DNA of 64,000 nucleotides from Psilocybe cubensis (taxonomy: Eukaryota). Position 1 is the first letter of the stretch; every line of letters begins with the position of its first letter. The stretch covers positions 806,001-870,000 of the forward strand of contig CM039001.1 in assembly GCA_017499595.2 (NCBI GenBank), given 5' to 3'. A program made the position numbers and the translations under genes. The notes below the pieces were generated by a model. The model was not told the origin of the DNA. It saw only the letters and a program-made list of their open reading frames with translations, and searched no databases. Below are positions 26,349 through 39,424 of this stretch, piece by piece.

Positions 26349-26602
26349 ATAGCCCCGTGTGAACGGAGTTCAAAAGTAAGGAACAGAACAGAACAAATAG
26401 GTGTCCGTGTCGAAAGTGAAAGGACGAAACAAAAAATTACACTCCTGTTTCAAATTGAATTGTGGTGTTTCACGTGATCTAATGGCATAAATAATGAGCA
26501 ACCAGGTGTCGTCGAAGACGGCAACTATGGGCACTGGGTACTAACGATTAAAAACGGAGCTAGAGAAGCCTCCAATGGGTCCAGTATATGAATTATTGAG
26601 CA

Positions 26603-27882
26603 TCAACCAAACGTCGCAATTACAGCGCGCAATTCCACTGAGTATTTTCGACCGCTTGGTATCATATTCCATGCTTGCTCGTATATCCATGCCCGTAATA
26701 TCGCCTTAGGGTCAACAGGGTCAAGTTGTACTCTCTTCATAATCCTGCGATGTATCTTCCGTTGTGCTGCCGGTATCACCATCGAAGCATTGACATGCTC
26801 ATAAATCTTATTTTGCACGAATGCGACATGCACGCCTGTGGATCGGCACCGTCCCAGCGGAAATATCGGGCGTAGGTGTCCTCCAACGCGCAGTACTCGT
26901 CGATGTTACGACAATTGGCAAAACCATAATCATAGAAGGCCCGTTTAGAAGAAGACTCGCCGACCATCCATTGTTTAAGATACCACGCCGACGGAACGTT
27001 GTTAGGCGAAGCGGAAAGGACTTCAGCGAAACATTTAGGGTATAATTCGGGGCCGAAACCGTATGCTTGAAACAAGGCTACGAGTCCAGAGGTTTCGTAG
27101 GCGAGAACGAACTCTTGAAAAGTGCAATTATCTAGCAGGTCTCGATACAGATGGCATATGCGGGACTGGTCTTCCAAAGCCCCAACACACATGCCCAAAG
27201 GTACCCAGAATCGTTCTCGAGGGGAGGGTCCAAGCAGGGCTAATATCACTCCGCAGAATTCCAAGCACTCAATTTTACGGTTTGACCACGAGAGAGAACG
27301 ACAGAATTCATGAAATTGCGACTCTGCAGGCGGAGCATCCGTGCGTCCACTGTATCTCCAGCCTATTTCCAATACAGCCTTCCATGCCGTGTCGAATGCA
27401 ACCTTGGGGGTGCTGACATTGCGATTGAAAACCTGATGATGATTATCCAACAACCACGAGTACCATCGCTCTCGTTCTTCATCCCCGATATATCGTTCGT
27501 AGCAAGAAATTATCTCTTGACCAATTGTGCCTTGCGTCATCCATTTATGAAAAACTCGCGGTTTGACGGCCATACGATCGGGATGGAGGACCGTGAGGTA
27601 CATGTCCAGAAGATAAAACTCCTTAAACATGCCTGCCCTATCAAACCCATAGTCGTCACGAGTTTGCACATCTAAAGACTGCATAGGAGATCCCTCGGAT
27701 CGAATGATTGCCTTGTACAGCAGGTCAGCCGTTGTTATCTGGTCCTTTGGTTTACAGTCAAGGAGATGGTTCTTCCAGTCGGCCTCCTGACACGGCATTC
27801 CGCAATACCATGCCAATTGGCATCCTGTGCAGCGTCTATGGGTGGGTGATTTGCAATTATTGCAAGGATGAGACGGCGGCAT
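26603..27882 (-). pseudogene. MYND zinc-finger protein, copy 3 (frameshifted near C-terminus)
   Basis: 368-aa ORF matches copy 1 up to ADPQA. Homology (HVAFVQNKIYEHV vs HQARLDGRIFDHI) continues in ORF 26603-26833 after a 1-nt deletion at ~26833. Confidence 0.8.
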
Positions 27883-28554
27883 ATTTGACTGAAGATAAAA
27901 CTATTGTTAGACTAACCCAGTGATGCAAAGAATGAAAAACCATACCACTCTGAGCGCAAATGCAATGCAAGTGGAACAGTAAAACTGAGAGTGATGGGGA
28001 TCTAAAACAAACAAACACAGCTCATTCCCGGCGTTGAAATTCTCTGCGCCATGTGGAAAAGTCACGAATTGCCAACGAATTGCGGAGGGCATTACCCGTT
28101 GAACGAGACGTCAGCTGGCATATTTACGCGGCGCGCAACATACTTGAATTTGTTGGCCAATAGGGTACCAAGATCCATGGCGCCGTGAATTCGATTGACT
28201 CCGCTCGCGCTCGCCCGAACATAACACAATCTAAAAGCTTCACTAGGAGATCACTGTAAACCATAGGACAGTCCAGGTTGGGTAACTCTGTGTAAACTGC
28301 ATCCCTGCGAAACTGAGTTAGTGAATAAAAGAATGGCGTGTATGAAAAGTTCGTTATGTAGTCTCGGGATGATGGTCATGGTTGTAAAACAAAACAAAGA
28401 GTAACAAGTATGTAACTAGTTCCTGATCGGATTTCATAGTCAGAATCATGGGTTGCCGTTCCCCACTACGCTCCCGGCTTCGCAGCTTCACCACATAACA
28501 CACATAACATTCCTTCTTCTCAGTCCTAGTGCTGCTAATTCCAATACTATTAGA

Positions 28555-30147
28555 ATGCCCAATCAACCCTCTGTGCGTGTTGTCGTCAAACTACCGTATA
28601 ACCGACCAGATAACCCTCCGCACGATCCTCCTACGGTGAGTCACACAGATAGTCCATACTCAATGTACTAAGCGCTTGTCTATGGTGAATAGATTGAATG
28701 GACAGCTGAAAAAGCCGATATTCTATGGAAAGTCATTGAAAGATCGCGCTCCGTGGACAGTGCTGGTGCCGATTGTGCGTCCTAATCCCTTCCTCACTCC
28801 TTGCCCCTTTATTCTGTTTTATTCTATTATTCTGCAACAATTCAAGGCTTGAAATCCAATACTGAAACGCCTCCTCCCGTCTGCGTTTGCTTTTACACAT
28901 CCACACAGGGAAGGGTCTCGCCGCGCACCTCGAAGTCCCACTCCCGTATCTGCTGTATCGCGTTAATGCCCGCTTCCAGGAGGAAATTCGTGGGCTGCGC
29001 GATATTCAAGGCGCGCTCAGTCCCTCCTCCGCCCAACCTACAACGACTGGTGGGCTTACAAGCGCGACGTCGCCGCATCACGATTTTCCTGCGGCTTCCG
29101 GGGCTGGTGGAAAAGGAGACAGGCCTGTCGGCATCGCTGGGCGCTTGGGGATGCTAGGAAGCGGTGGCGGCAGTAGGCATCTGTCGGGTTCGAGAATTGG
29201 TGTACGTGCGCGTTTGAATTCACTCGGCCAGGGTGTAGGAGGGAGTAATAATGGTAATGCGAACAACAACTCACGGCAAGCGAAGAAACCTACATCCTCA
29301 TCGACGCTGACGCTGCAAGCGGGCAAGAGGCCATCGTATGGGCTTGTTTCCGTGAGGCCTGTAACCCCTTTGAGCTCGGAAAGCGAATCTGAAGACGAGG
29401 AGGCGATCAAAGAGGAGGAAGCCGAACGGAATGCGGAGGAGGAAGATGCGCTCACGAAGAAGCTCGCCGCGCTACAGAAGATGATGACCATAGACACGCT
29501 TGGGCTTGTTAGTGGAGCGCGAGCGCGGGGTGACAAGGGAAAAGGGAAAGACAACCGTGGGCGGTCGGCGCCGCTCTCACCTCGCTCCGCGGGAAGCTCT
29601 CGTGTCGACACGCTGTCGAGCAGGTCACAGAGCATATCGAGTGCGAGCTCGCCACAGGGGTCAATACCCGACATGCCGATGTCTGGATCCCCATCGTCTG
29701 AATCGCAACCCCACTCGCCTCCGGCACGCAATAGAAACCAGAATTTCTCACCGCATAAAGCTCCTTCGAGTCCGCCTGCTGTGTCGTCAAAAAGCGCTCA
29801 GGGACATCATGTAAATCACCAGAGCCAGCGGAGGTTCGGTCCTCTGGTAGACCGGACCAGTGACATTGGAAGTAGCCATGGTTCAGAGGCGTCGAGTTTC
29901 AGTGACTTGAGTGGTGGGTTGATTGTTTTCTCCCTGAATCTGGTACTGAACCCAACTAATAGATGCAAGTATATCTGCTTCGGCGCTTGAGAGCGCTCTT
30001 CTTTCGAATCTTGGAAGTAATGGCTCACGATTGCAAGTATCCTTCTGTCAGTTTGATGTTACAAACCTGCTGAAGCAAAATTTATGTAGTTCCCAGTTTA
30101 CAAGAAGCCGCCCTTCAAATCGCACCCACTCTGTCGTGCCGCAATAA
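28555..30147 (+). CDS. ATG29: Autophagy protein Atg29 homolog
   Basis: VRVVVKLPYNRP..DPP|IEWTAEKADILWKVI..DWKGLAAHLEVPLPYLLYR N-terminal domain, disordered Ser-rich middle, C-terminal SSFSDLSDASISASALESALLS. Confidence 0.8.
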
Positions 30148-30880
30148 CATTGAACACGGGGCTTGCGACATACATTCACGTCTATTTCCGGCTTTCCTGG
30201 AAGACCTGCCAATCTTGAACGCTAAGAGTTGTTATTACCATCTGACGCGTTACTGCGACGCGTCAACATTAATGCCCGTTTGTATAATTAAGTGTGATAC
30301 CCCCTTGCATTGTGTACGATATTTGCGGATATCTTCATGTTTTATGCTACGCAATCCATAGAATGTTTACTGGCCGAAGACGGCAACCTCTCGGATCCTT
30401 GATTGTTGATTTATCCAAGTTCTCTAGATCTATTTCTGCTGCGAAAGTATCGAGCCTCGGGGGGATTAGTAGTAGCAGTGACCTCGACGCGTCACCAGCT
30501 GCACAGTAATCACCTCTTGTTTTGAACTTTCTAGTACATTCGCGGGCATGCTCCAGCCGGAGAACAAGCACAGCTATGAAAACGCAAATGAAATCCGTTG
30601 ACCAGAATCTTTTGTCTTTGTACTCGAAACGTTGCGGGTTACTATATAGTACACACAGTGTCGGTACCATCCATTTCGCATCATTTTCGACAATTTGGTT
30701 AATTAGAAAGTTGACTTAAAAGTCCTGTGAAACTTGCCGCTCTCAACTCTTCCTTCCCTTTCCCAGAGGTCACACAGATACCGGAACTTCCAGTACTCCT
30801 ACCCAGTACTTGCTTATAGCAACCATTATTACATCTATACCCAGCAACCAAATTGCCTCGGAACACCTACCACACCCGCG

Positions 30881-32623
30881 ATGGAGCTCACATTCATGAC
30901 TGAAATCGGACAGACGTTCGTCGTTGAGATCGACCCGAACATGGAGCTCGAGAACGTCATGGCCTTGCTCGAGGCCGAGGTAAGTCCCCTCTCATCGTCC
31001 GCCTACTCCTCCCCCAAAACCCTTTGTCGCGCGGCGTGGAACTTAACTGATGTTCCCAAATCGCTCACATACAGTCCTCAATACCAGTACAAGAGCAATC
31101 GATATCATACAATGGCCGCGAGCTGAGCAACGCGAAAGCTACGATCCGCGAGCTGGGCGTACAGGGGGAGAACGCGATGCTCCTCCTCCGGCGAAAAGTC
31201 GTCAGTGCTGCAGGAGGGTGAGTATTTTGTTTCGTATTTGCCCCCTTTTTTCAACTATATGCCTCGGGTGCCAAACTAACTTGTTTTTTTTTGTTAGATC
31301 AATCGAACAGGACGCTGAAATGATGCGTCTGCAGATATTAGGGGACCCAGCTCTAATGGCCCAACTACAAGATGTAAGCCCAACTCCTTATATTATTCCT
31401 TGCACAATCTGACCACCGCCAACTCCTCCGAGTAGACCCAACCCGAGCTCGCCGCCGCCGCCCGATCCAACTCCGCGCGGTTTGCGGAGCTTTTGCGACA
31501 GACTCGCGACCGGCACGTCAATGCAGAGCGCGAGATTGAGCGACTGAATGCAGACCCATACGACGTCGATGCGCAGCGCAAGATCGAGGAGGCGATACGC
31601 CAGGCGGCTGTTGCGGAGAACATGGAGCACGCGATTGAGTACTCGCCCGAATTCTTTGGCAGGGTCACAATGCTTTAGTACGTTTCCTTTGAGTGAATAA
31701 ATCCTTTGTTTCCAATCGTAATTTTCGCAGTATTCCTGTGGAGGTGAACTCGCATCCTATCAAGGCTTTCGTGGACTCAGGAGCTCAGCAAACGATCAGT
31801 ACGTGTTTTCTTCCCAGAGAATGTATAAATGCGCATAATTCAATCCACCGTTTTTGCCTCCAGTGAACCCTGAAACGGCAGAAGCATGTGGGTGTGTATA
31901 CATTCATCAATACATTTTCTTTCATTTTCTGACTAGCTACCTTCAGAATCATGCGCCTTCTAGACACCAGATTTGCAGGCGTCGCTCGTGGTGTCGGCAC
32001 CGCTAAAATTCTTGGTAGGGTACACATGGCACAACTCAAGCTCTCCGATGTATTCCTCCCTTGCTCAATCACTGTCATGGAGGTACAGATTTGCTGTCAT
32101 TTCTCAAGGAATCCCCTTTTCTAAATTGATTTTTTTCTGCGCATTTTTTTACACACAACAGGGACGTGATGTCGATCTCTTGCTAGGACTTGACATGCTC
32201 AAAGCACATCAGGCATGCATCGATCTCGAGAAAGGCGTCCTGCGTATTCAAGGTCGTGAAGTCAAGTTCCTCTCAGAGCACGAACTCCCTGACAAAGCGC
32301 GCGACCTCGAACTGCCAGAGCAGGTCGACGCTGCCACATTAGGCTCAGGATCTGCCTCTTCTTCATCTGGCGCCGCCCCACATGCCAGCAGAAATGCGCC
32401 CTCGTTCCCTGGAGGTGGAAGGACGCTTGGAGCGGCTCCCTCAGGTGGCATGGCCTCGCCACAGAGAACAGCTCCCCAGCAGCAGCAGCAACAGCGGACG
32501 ACGAACTATCCCGAGCAGAGCATTTCGATATTGATGGACCTCGGTGCACCACGCGAACTCGCCATCAGCACGCTAGACGCTGCAGGTGGTAATGTCGATG
32601 TCGCTGCCTCTCTGTTGTTCTAG
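30881..32623 (+). CDS. DDI1: DNA damage-inducible protein 1 (UBL, retroviral-like aspartyl protease, UBA)
   Basis: N-terminal [28 protein letters not shown] catalytic motif; [17 protein letters not shown]-terminal UBA ([13 protein letters not shown]). Confidence 0.95.
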
Positions 32624-33015
32624 CCATCCAATCACATTCTACCTGAAATCGAATTCCCTGAGGACACCATGTATTGCTTGTTTGGTTGACTTTTCCGTTG
32701 CTCTGGTGCTGGGTCGTCGTAAATGGATGGACCAGAAAAAGTTTTGGATTGAATATGTAGGACGGGTCGATTGATTGGACTGTATAAAAAGGCGATTTTT
32801 GACTCTTTTTGTATTGAATTTTTTTTGTAACACTAGTGTATATATTTCGAGTTTGCATCGTGCAATAGAGAAATAGCATGGATGAGGGTATAAATAAAAT
32901 AACAAAGTTCTACAAAGAAAAGATGAGTAACAAGCAATACAATATGGATAATGGGAGAAAATACAACGGTCCATCAGAATCAACGAAAGATACACAACAG
33001 CAACGTGGTTGAGAC

Positions 33016-34393
33016 TCAGATGAGACTGATCCTCGTCCTCACCAGCCCTCCACGCCAATTATGCATCCCTGCCGACCGATGATGCGACCACTCTCCTTGC
33101 ATCCTCGCGAACGCGTCTTGTATATGCTCCGTCCTTAACGCCGTCCGTGCTTCAGGAGGTGGCAAGAACAGTGAATTCACCGGGAGCGTGTACTCCGTCT
33201 CGTCGTCTGGCGATCCCTCTCGGCGTCGTTTCTCCGCAGGTCCACCAGACGCGCCAGCCTTGCGCTTGCCCATGACAGGAGAGGTATAATCGTCTCTCAG
33301 GAAGGAGTCCTCGAGCGATTTCTTGACGGCGAGTCCGGCGAGGGTGAGGGATCGTACCATTTCGAAGGCAAGAAAACCAACAATGTCGACTGTGTCATCG
33401 TTGGCTTTGAGGTCAAGCTGCGGTGGGAGGTTCAGAAACTCGCGGAAACGTTTGGCTGGATAGAAAGGAAGTTAAATTTACAACTCTGGAGAAACCGGAG
33501 GATACTCACCTTTCCTATATGTAAATGAAGCCTGCCGACAATCAGAGTAATGCTGATATTCTTCTCTTGTCATTTGTCTTGTGGCATCATCTGCTTCCTG
33601 TACTCCCAGTGAATCCTTGTTCTGTACAGTGATATGCCGTAAATTAGGACTTACTTTCAACCGCTGGATGGAAGCTTCATGCGCCTCGATATCATCCTCG
33701 TCTTCTTCATCATCTGACTGATGTCCACTTTGTTTCAGAACCTCGGAATACATTGTTGTGATTTCCCAAGGCAATTTAATCGTGATTTTCTGCGCTTTTG
33801 CAGTCAATTTGTCTGGTTACAATGAATAGTTAGCGAAACAATATAAATGCCCTGGATAAAATTCGACTGACCGTCCGGTCCGTCTTCTAATGTCTCGACT
33901 TCGACACCTCCTCCAGCATCTCCTTCAGAGTTCTTTGCGTGCTTCCTAACGTCCTTCCAAGAGAGATATGTCCGTAGGCGATTGACCTTCCCGCGGTCAT
34001 GGCGAATTAGGAATATCAGGTCCTCTGCAGAGAGATACCTTGCCCCGCGGCGCGTGGCGAGTGCCCGGGCTTGTACGATCTATATTACGTTTAAAAATGA
34101 TGTGATTAACATGAAGTCGAAGAGTAAATGAAGCTGGAAGGAGGACGAACTAGCTCAATAAGTTGGCTGCGCACGATGTCTTCTACGAGATTGACAGTCT
34201 CCGGATTAGGATCCTGGACTTCTCCAAAAACGAACATCTAACATTTCAAGAGAAAGAACGCGTCAGTCGTTAAGCAGAACGCGATAACAGTGAATGTAAA
34301 AGGGTGCACCATTTGGGATATCTCCTGTGTGTATTTGTACTCTCGACTTGTCTGTCCCTCCCCCATAACGCCGGCTCTCCGGGATGTGGCCAT
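33016..34393 (-). CDS. SPT3: SAGA subunit Spt3 (TFIID-18kDa family)
   Basis: YKYTQEISQM|MFVFGEVQDP..LVEDIVR; EDLIFLIRHDRGKVNRLRTYLSWKDVRK; MTREEYQHYSDCRQASFTYRK. Confidence 0.95.
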
Positions 34394-34849
34394 GTTGTCT
34401 ATGCCTTGATATTAATTCTCTATTCCACCAGATTATATATGATCTGCCTTGAGGAATGGCTTAATGTCGTCAGGAGACAGTTGAAGTGGGGTCGAGGTTG
34501 AAGCGTAAAGAGGTGCCCACTGCAATTGTAATGACTGGCACGTGATGAGAACTATGAGCGCGATCCGCTTACCCCTGTCAACTTCCTTTAACCAAATCAT
34601 CGTCTCACCTTGAAAACTCCGGCAGAACCATCGTTGACTTTGACTTGATGTTAAGCGAATCACAATCGCTCTCTGTGGCGACTTGATTGTGCATTTGGAA
34701 GCTCTAGTTGTGATGTTTGAATCGAGAAGCACCTTGATGAAAAACGCGTTATAAAGATGGTCGTCGTATTCTGCTCAGGCAAAAAATGAACCCGTCTCTG
34801 CCTGCAAACAACTTCTTTGTTTCACCTCCCAGTTCAGGGACTCATCCAC

Positions 34850-35788
34850 CCCGACCACCCCTGTACGACGACCAGTGTTATAATGCTCTTGTCCATCATG
34901 GCAGCCATAAAGATGGGTATACATAATGATATCTACTCATCCCGAATTCAATAGTTCTTATGCACGATTGATTCGCTGGGGAATATCCGTGCATGGGTTT
35001 ATAGACGAACACACGCGCTTTATTCCTGGTGTCAGAGCACACGCGAATAATTACCCGGAAGTTGTCCTCGGATTCTTTGGAGAGATAATAGAGTCCATGG
35101 GCTTCCGCGTCGATTAAGAGGGAGTTGTAATTCTGAGAATCTGGACTAGGTTTTTCTTTTTGTTTTTAAACATTTATTTATCTGGTTAATGATGATTCAT
35201 TTTTGCAGCGCAAACCACAACATTCAAAACCGCATCGGCCGCCTATGGGCGAATTTCACCACACAGCTGGGAAGGAAATGGAAAGAATTTTTTGACGACC
35301 TCGAATGCAACTGGGGACCTGATCCTGAAATCCCGGGCCATATCTGGCTTCTTCGTTACCTCTTTCTGGATACCATAAATCAGCAAATTACGCTTTGGAC
35401 CAGCGCGTGGAACCATCGCAAACTATCTATCCCGGGCGATGGAAGCCAAAGTCCAATTAGTCGACGCTACATGAGTATCCTTCAACATGGAGGAAACCCA
35501 GGTGAACCACACCTATTTGAATCTGTTCAGGACCCGGTGGAGCTTTACGGTGGAGGGGTTCGGGAAGGAGACTGGTTAGATGATTACCCAGATTCTTTGA
35601 AAGGGGTGACTACCGACGAGGTCAACTGCCCTTTCACAGTCGGCCAATTTGAGAAGTTCAAAAGGCGTCTTCAAAGTATCCCAGTGACAATTCGCTCTTC
35701 CAACGTCATGGAAATACGAGGACAATCATGGGTAGACGCTATTATCCTGGGCCAGGAGATTCTAGAAGAAAGTGTTCTGGATTCATAA
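34850..35788 (+). mobile_element. Degenerate DDE integrase-core (rve-like) transposase relic
   Basis: NALVHHGSH, LIRWGISVHGFIDEHTRFIPGVRAHANN, (frameshift) HGLPRRLRGSCNSEN, HNIQNRIGRLW..WLLRYLFL..IN...WNH. Matches the fungal integrase-core family layout; frameshift at ~35093. Confidence 0.7.
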
Positions 35789-35860
35789 ATAACAAATATC
35801 CAGTTAGATTACAATGATAAGGTCTTCTCTAGATCTTGCTACTTGCTATAATATACAGTC

Positions 35861-38632
35861 TCAAACGAAGGTCTTGATGTTTTTATGAAGAACATCGTGC
35901 CCGTCTATCCATATTGATCCACTTATAGTTTTCTGAAGTTTCCCTACTAGTGTCTCGGCAGCAGCGTTTTCCATAAACGCACGGTTCGTACATATGATCA
36001 TACCCACCTTGCACCGTGTCAGCATCACGTTGACGCGTCTCATGTCAATAAGAAAACCAAGTTTAGCTGTGCGGACCAAAGTCACTACAATATAGTCATC
36101 CTCGTTGCCTAATCATTTGACAGAATAAGTCAGCCATTCGCCTCGAATCTGGGATGTAGAAAAGGACCTTGGAAAGAATCGATGTTGAAGCATTTGTCTT
36201 CCCATGTGAGTTCGGCGTTCTTGAGACTGCTCTCCAACAGCGACCGTTGGGCATCGTAAGGAGTGATGATGCGAAAAGATTTTCCCTGGGCAATGAGCTG
36301 CCGTGCGATTTTGACCACCACTTTGACTTCTTGTTCATTCTGTTTCATGTTTATATATTTCAGATATCTTTAGTAATAAAAATACGGGTTTACCGTCCAG
36401 CTGTGCCCCTTGGATTGTTCCACGCCATTGTGAACATCGATAAAGCGGCAGCAAGATGATTTGAGAATAGCGTGCTCGCTTTTTAATTTGCCCGAGTATA
36501 CGTGCTTTGAAATGAATGTGCCAATGGGTACAGGCATCCGATCTATGATAAGTTTTCAGGACCAAAACAAGTTCCACTAAGTCGACATTATTCGGGAACC
36601 GTAGAATGGCTTACATTGGGTATCAAGGAAGACAGCAGCCTTTCGAAGGTGGAGTTTCTCGAAGATACTTTGCAATTCCGGTATGTCACTCGTACCATAA
36701 GGCGCCACTATATTGGAATATTAGGGCTCGATTGGCACAACAGGAAAGGAAAGGTATTCACGTTGTTTATCATCGCCAATGAAGACGAGTTTTTGCAAAC
36801 TGGACTTAAAACGGTGGAGAAGAGACATATAATCTCCTATTTCAATTTGGCTGGCCTCGTCAAAGATTACTGTCTGTGGTGGAACCAAGGAAGTAACATT
36901 AGACAGTTTAGGGTTGGAAAGCATTCCGAGGGTGCATAAGATTACCCGAGAACCGAGCAATTGTCGCGATGTCGCAAGGACGTCGTCAATCAACATGCTA
37001 GTTTCAATCAAGTTTTCTTCAATTTTTACGTATAAATGTTCATGCCTGAAAATTCTGGATGAATAAAAAGATTGAGAGCGCCAGAGAAAATTAAAACGTA
37101 CCAATCGAAGCGAAAGTCTTTGGATACAATGATCTTGAAATCCCAAAAATCGACGTTGGCCAACTTTTCCGCGATATTCTTGACGGCAACATTAGATTGT
37201 GCAACAAGCCATATCGTACGTGTGGTGTCAAAAGAAGCCATAGCACTAGTGACAGCCGCAGCAATAACAGTAGTTTTTCCTGTGCCGGGAGGCCCATGAA
37301 TCAGGATAACACGGTCGGAAGTCTTGCTGGAGAGTATAAAATTAACTGCCACAGATTGTGATTCGTTCAACTGTCTTTTCGACGGAAAATATATGCCAGG
37401 GGTTACTAGGGTTGCAGAGTTTTTCTTCCAGGATGTTTTAGGAAGACCCCATATTGCGCCAATGAACGGATTTTGAGACAATATAACGGGATTTTGTAGT
37501 ACCGAAAGCATAAACTCGGTTCTCTGAATTTCAGCCGGGGTGGGGTCCTCTCTTCCGACTGTTTCCACAGACTTTATAGTATTAAAGACCATTGGTTTGC
37601 TGCCCACCTCAATTGTCGTTTGACGCCCATCAACCTTCACACCCTTTGTTACTTGAATGGATTCTGTCTTTCCATTGCGTTGAAATGTAATTCGTAGACG
37701 CTGCAGTTGAAAAAGGCGCGACATTAATCCATGATAAATAATTACATGAAACGGGATACCAACCTGAGTCCCTGATAGGCGGCTAATTTTTGTCTTGTAC
37801 CTCTGTGAAATAATCAATGATTGCTTCTCAGGTTTGCTTATAACGTCATGCTTTTTTCGAGAAGGTTTGAGTGCCACAAGCCTGTCCATATCGCGGATAG
37901 TTTTTGAGACAATGGCAAGGGTCTGTACACATTTGAGAAGGCTACAGTCAGCTCGATGAATGGGTTGATACATTATTCAAGTAGCACCTTTTCAGGCATA
38001 AACGAAGTATTGATGGAAGATAATCCATTCAGCCTTGGATATATGCTTGGGAGAACCGAGGCCGAATAGGCAACCCAAGCTTGGAGGGCCAATGCCTTAA
38101 CCGCTTCCTTGTGTGGTTTATCATTGAAAAATAAATCGGTTAAGGCTTCCTTGAATACCATTTTATCGCCACCTATGACTGTTATTAAAGCAGCGATAGA
38201 AGTGCGATTGTTGTTGGTAGACAATGAGAGAAGGTCTTTCCCCTGAGTAATACGCATCCCATGGTCATGGAATAGTGCTGCCGACAATTTGTCCATGTAA
38301 AATGTGACCTTCAATACATCCGGGTCGCATAGCAAAGAGTGCAATTTATCGACAGTTTTCGTTTTTAATTTCTTCTTCTTCGCACTGACTCTTCTCCGGC
38401 TTTGAAAACTAAGAGTCACCACAAGAGTTCGACTGCGGGAAGAGACTGCCAACATCGTCATTCGACCTTTGGACCCGTATATAGCAGCAAGGCCGATGAC
38501 GCTTTCATCAATGGAGCCCACAAAAAGGTCAAAATACCCGGAGATGTCGCCTTCGTGACAATGTTGAACAACGATATTTGGGTGGTGCGCACTAAAGACA
38601 CCTTGTGTAACGAGGAATGAGGAACTGTCCAT
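35861..38632 (-). CDS. Superfamily 1 (UPF1/DNA2-like, AAA_11/AAA_12) helicase with N-terminal exonuclease-like domain
   Basis: LNESQ, HGPPGTGKTT, AQSNVAVKNIAEKL, DEASQ, GDDKQ, QYRMP, ITPYDAQR, NIDSFQG, RRVNVMLTRCK. Confidence 0.9.
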
Positions 38633-39424
38633 GATATAAGTTCAGAAGTCAAATGGGAACAAAGGATATGCAGGGCATGGACAATAAAAACAACGCGCGT
38701 CCACCTCCTAGTCACCCAATACGGATGCGTCCACACGGTTAGAAGAAAGCGGTTGTAGGCATGCTTATCTTTGACACGGAACAGCGGAAGATGCCTCATT
38801 GGCAAGAGGTTCTCCTGCGCATGAGTCACAGAACCTTAATGAAGCGCCCATCTACAAGTGAAGTCGTCAGGTTTGTGTGGGATAGAACAGTTATGATGTT
38901 TATCAGCATTGTAGGTGTTGCAAGCCTTCGTCCTAGATGTTTTGAAGTGAACAGGGTTTTAAGAATGGCCAAATGCCAGCTGGTGAATTGCGAAAAACAT
39001 GGTTGGATCCTCTGAAATCTCCGTCTTTATTATTGGAGTCGTTGGCGCTAAATAATTTGGAAGAAACGCTGCGATTGAATTGGGATACAACTTGCAAGGT
39101 TGAACGTTGGTGCCTCCTGAAGGCCGCCAGAAAACTAGGGGAGAAATGCGCATTTGTATTTGAACGATGCACAATCGTATTTTTGAATCGTCTTTGAAGC
39201 CCCGATGACAAGGAGGCATGCACATGTAGTGCGTCGATAGATCTGGGGTTTACAGTAATCCCGTTGAAGTAAAGAGTCACTGAGATCAAATAAGCTGAGG
39301 CGCGTTCGCCGCGGTTTGCCGCGCTCAGCTATTCATTTGATTGCCGCGACTCATTACCAAACTAAGCTTCCCAAGGCTCGCGCTATTAGTGGCACCTGCG
39401 CTTTCATTCCTGAATCCTCACAAC

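Noticed and set aside
2112-30147. Autophagy gene cluster (ATG22 and ATG29)
   Set aside because: The genes are 24 kb apart with many unrelated genes between; no evidence of functional clustering.
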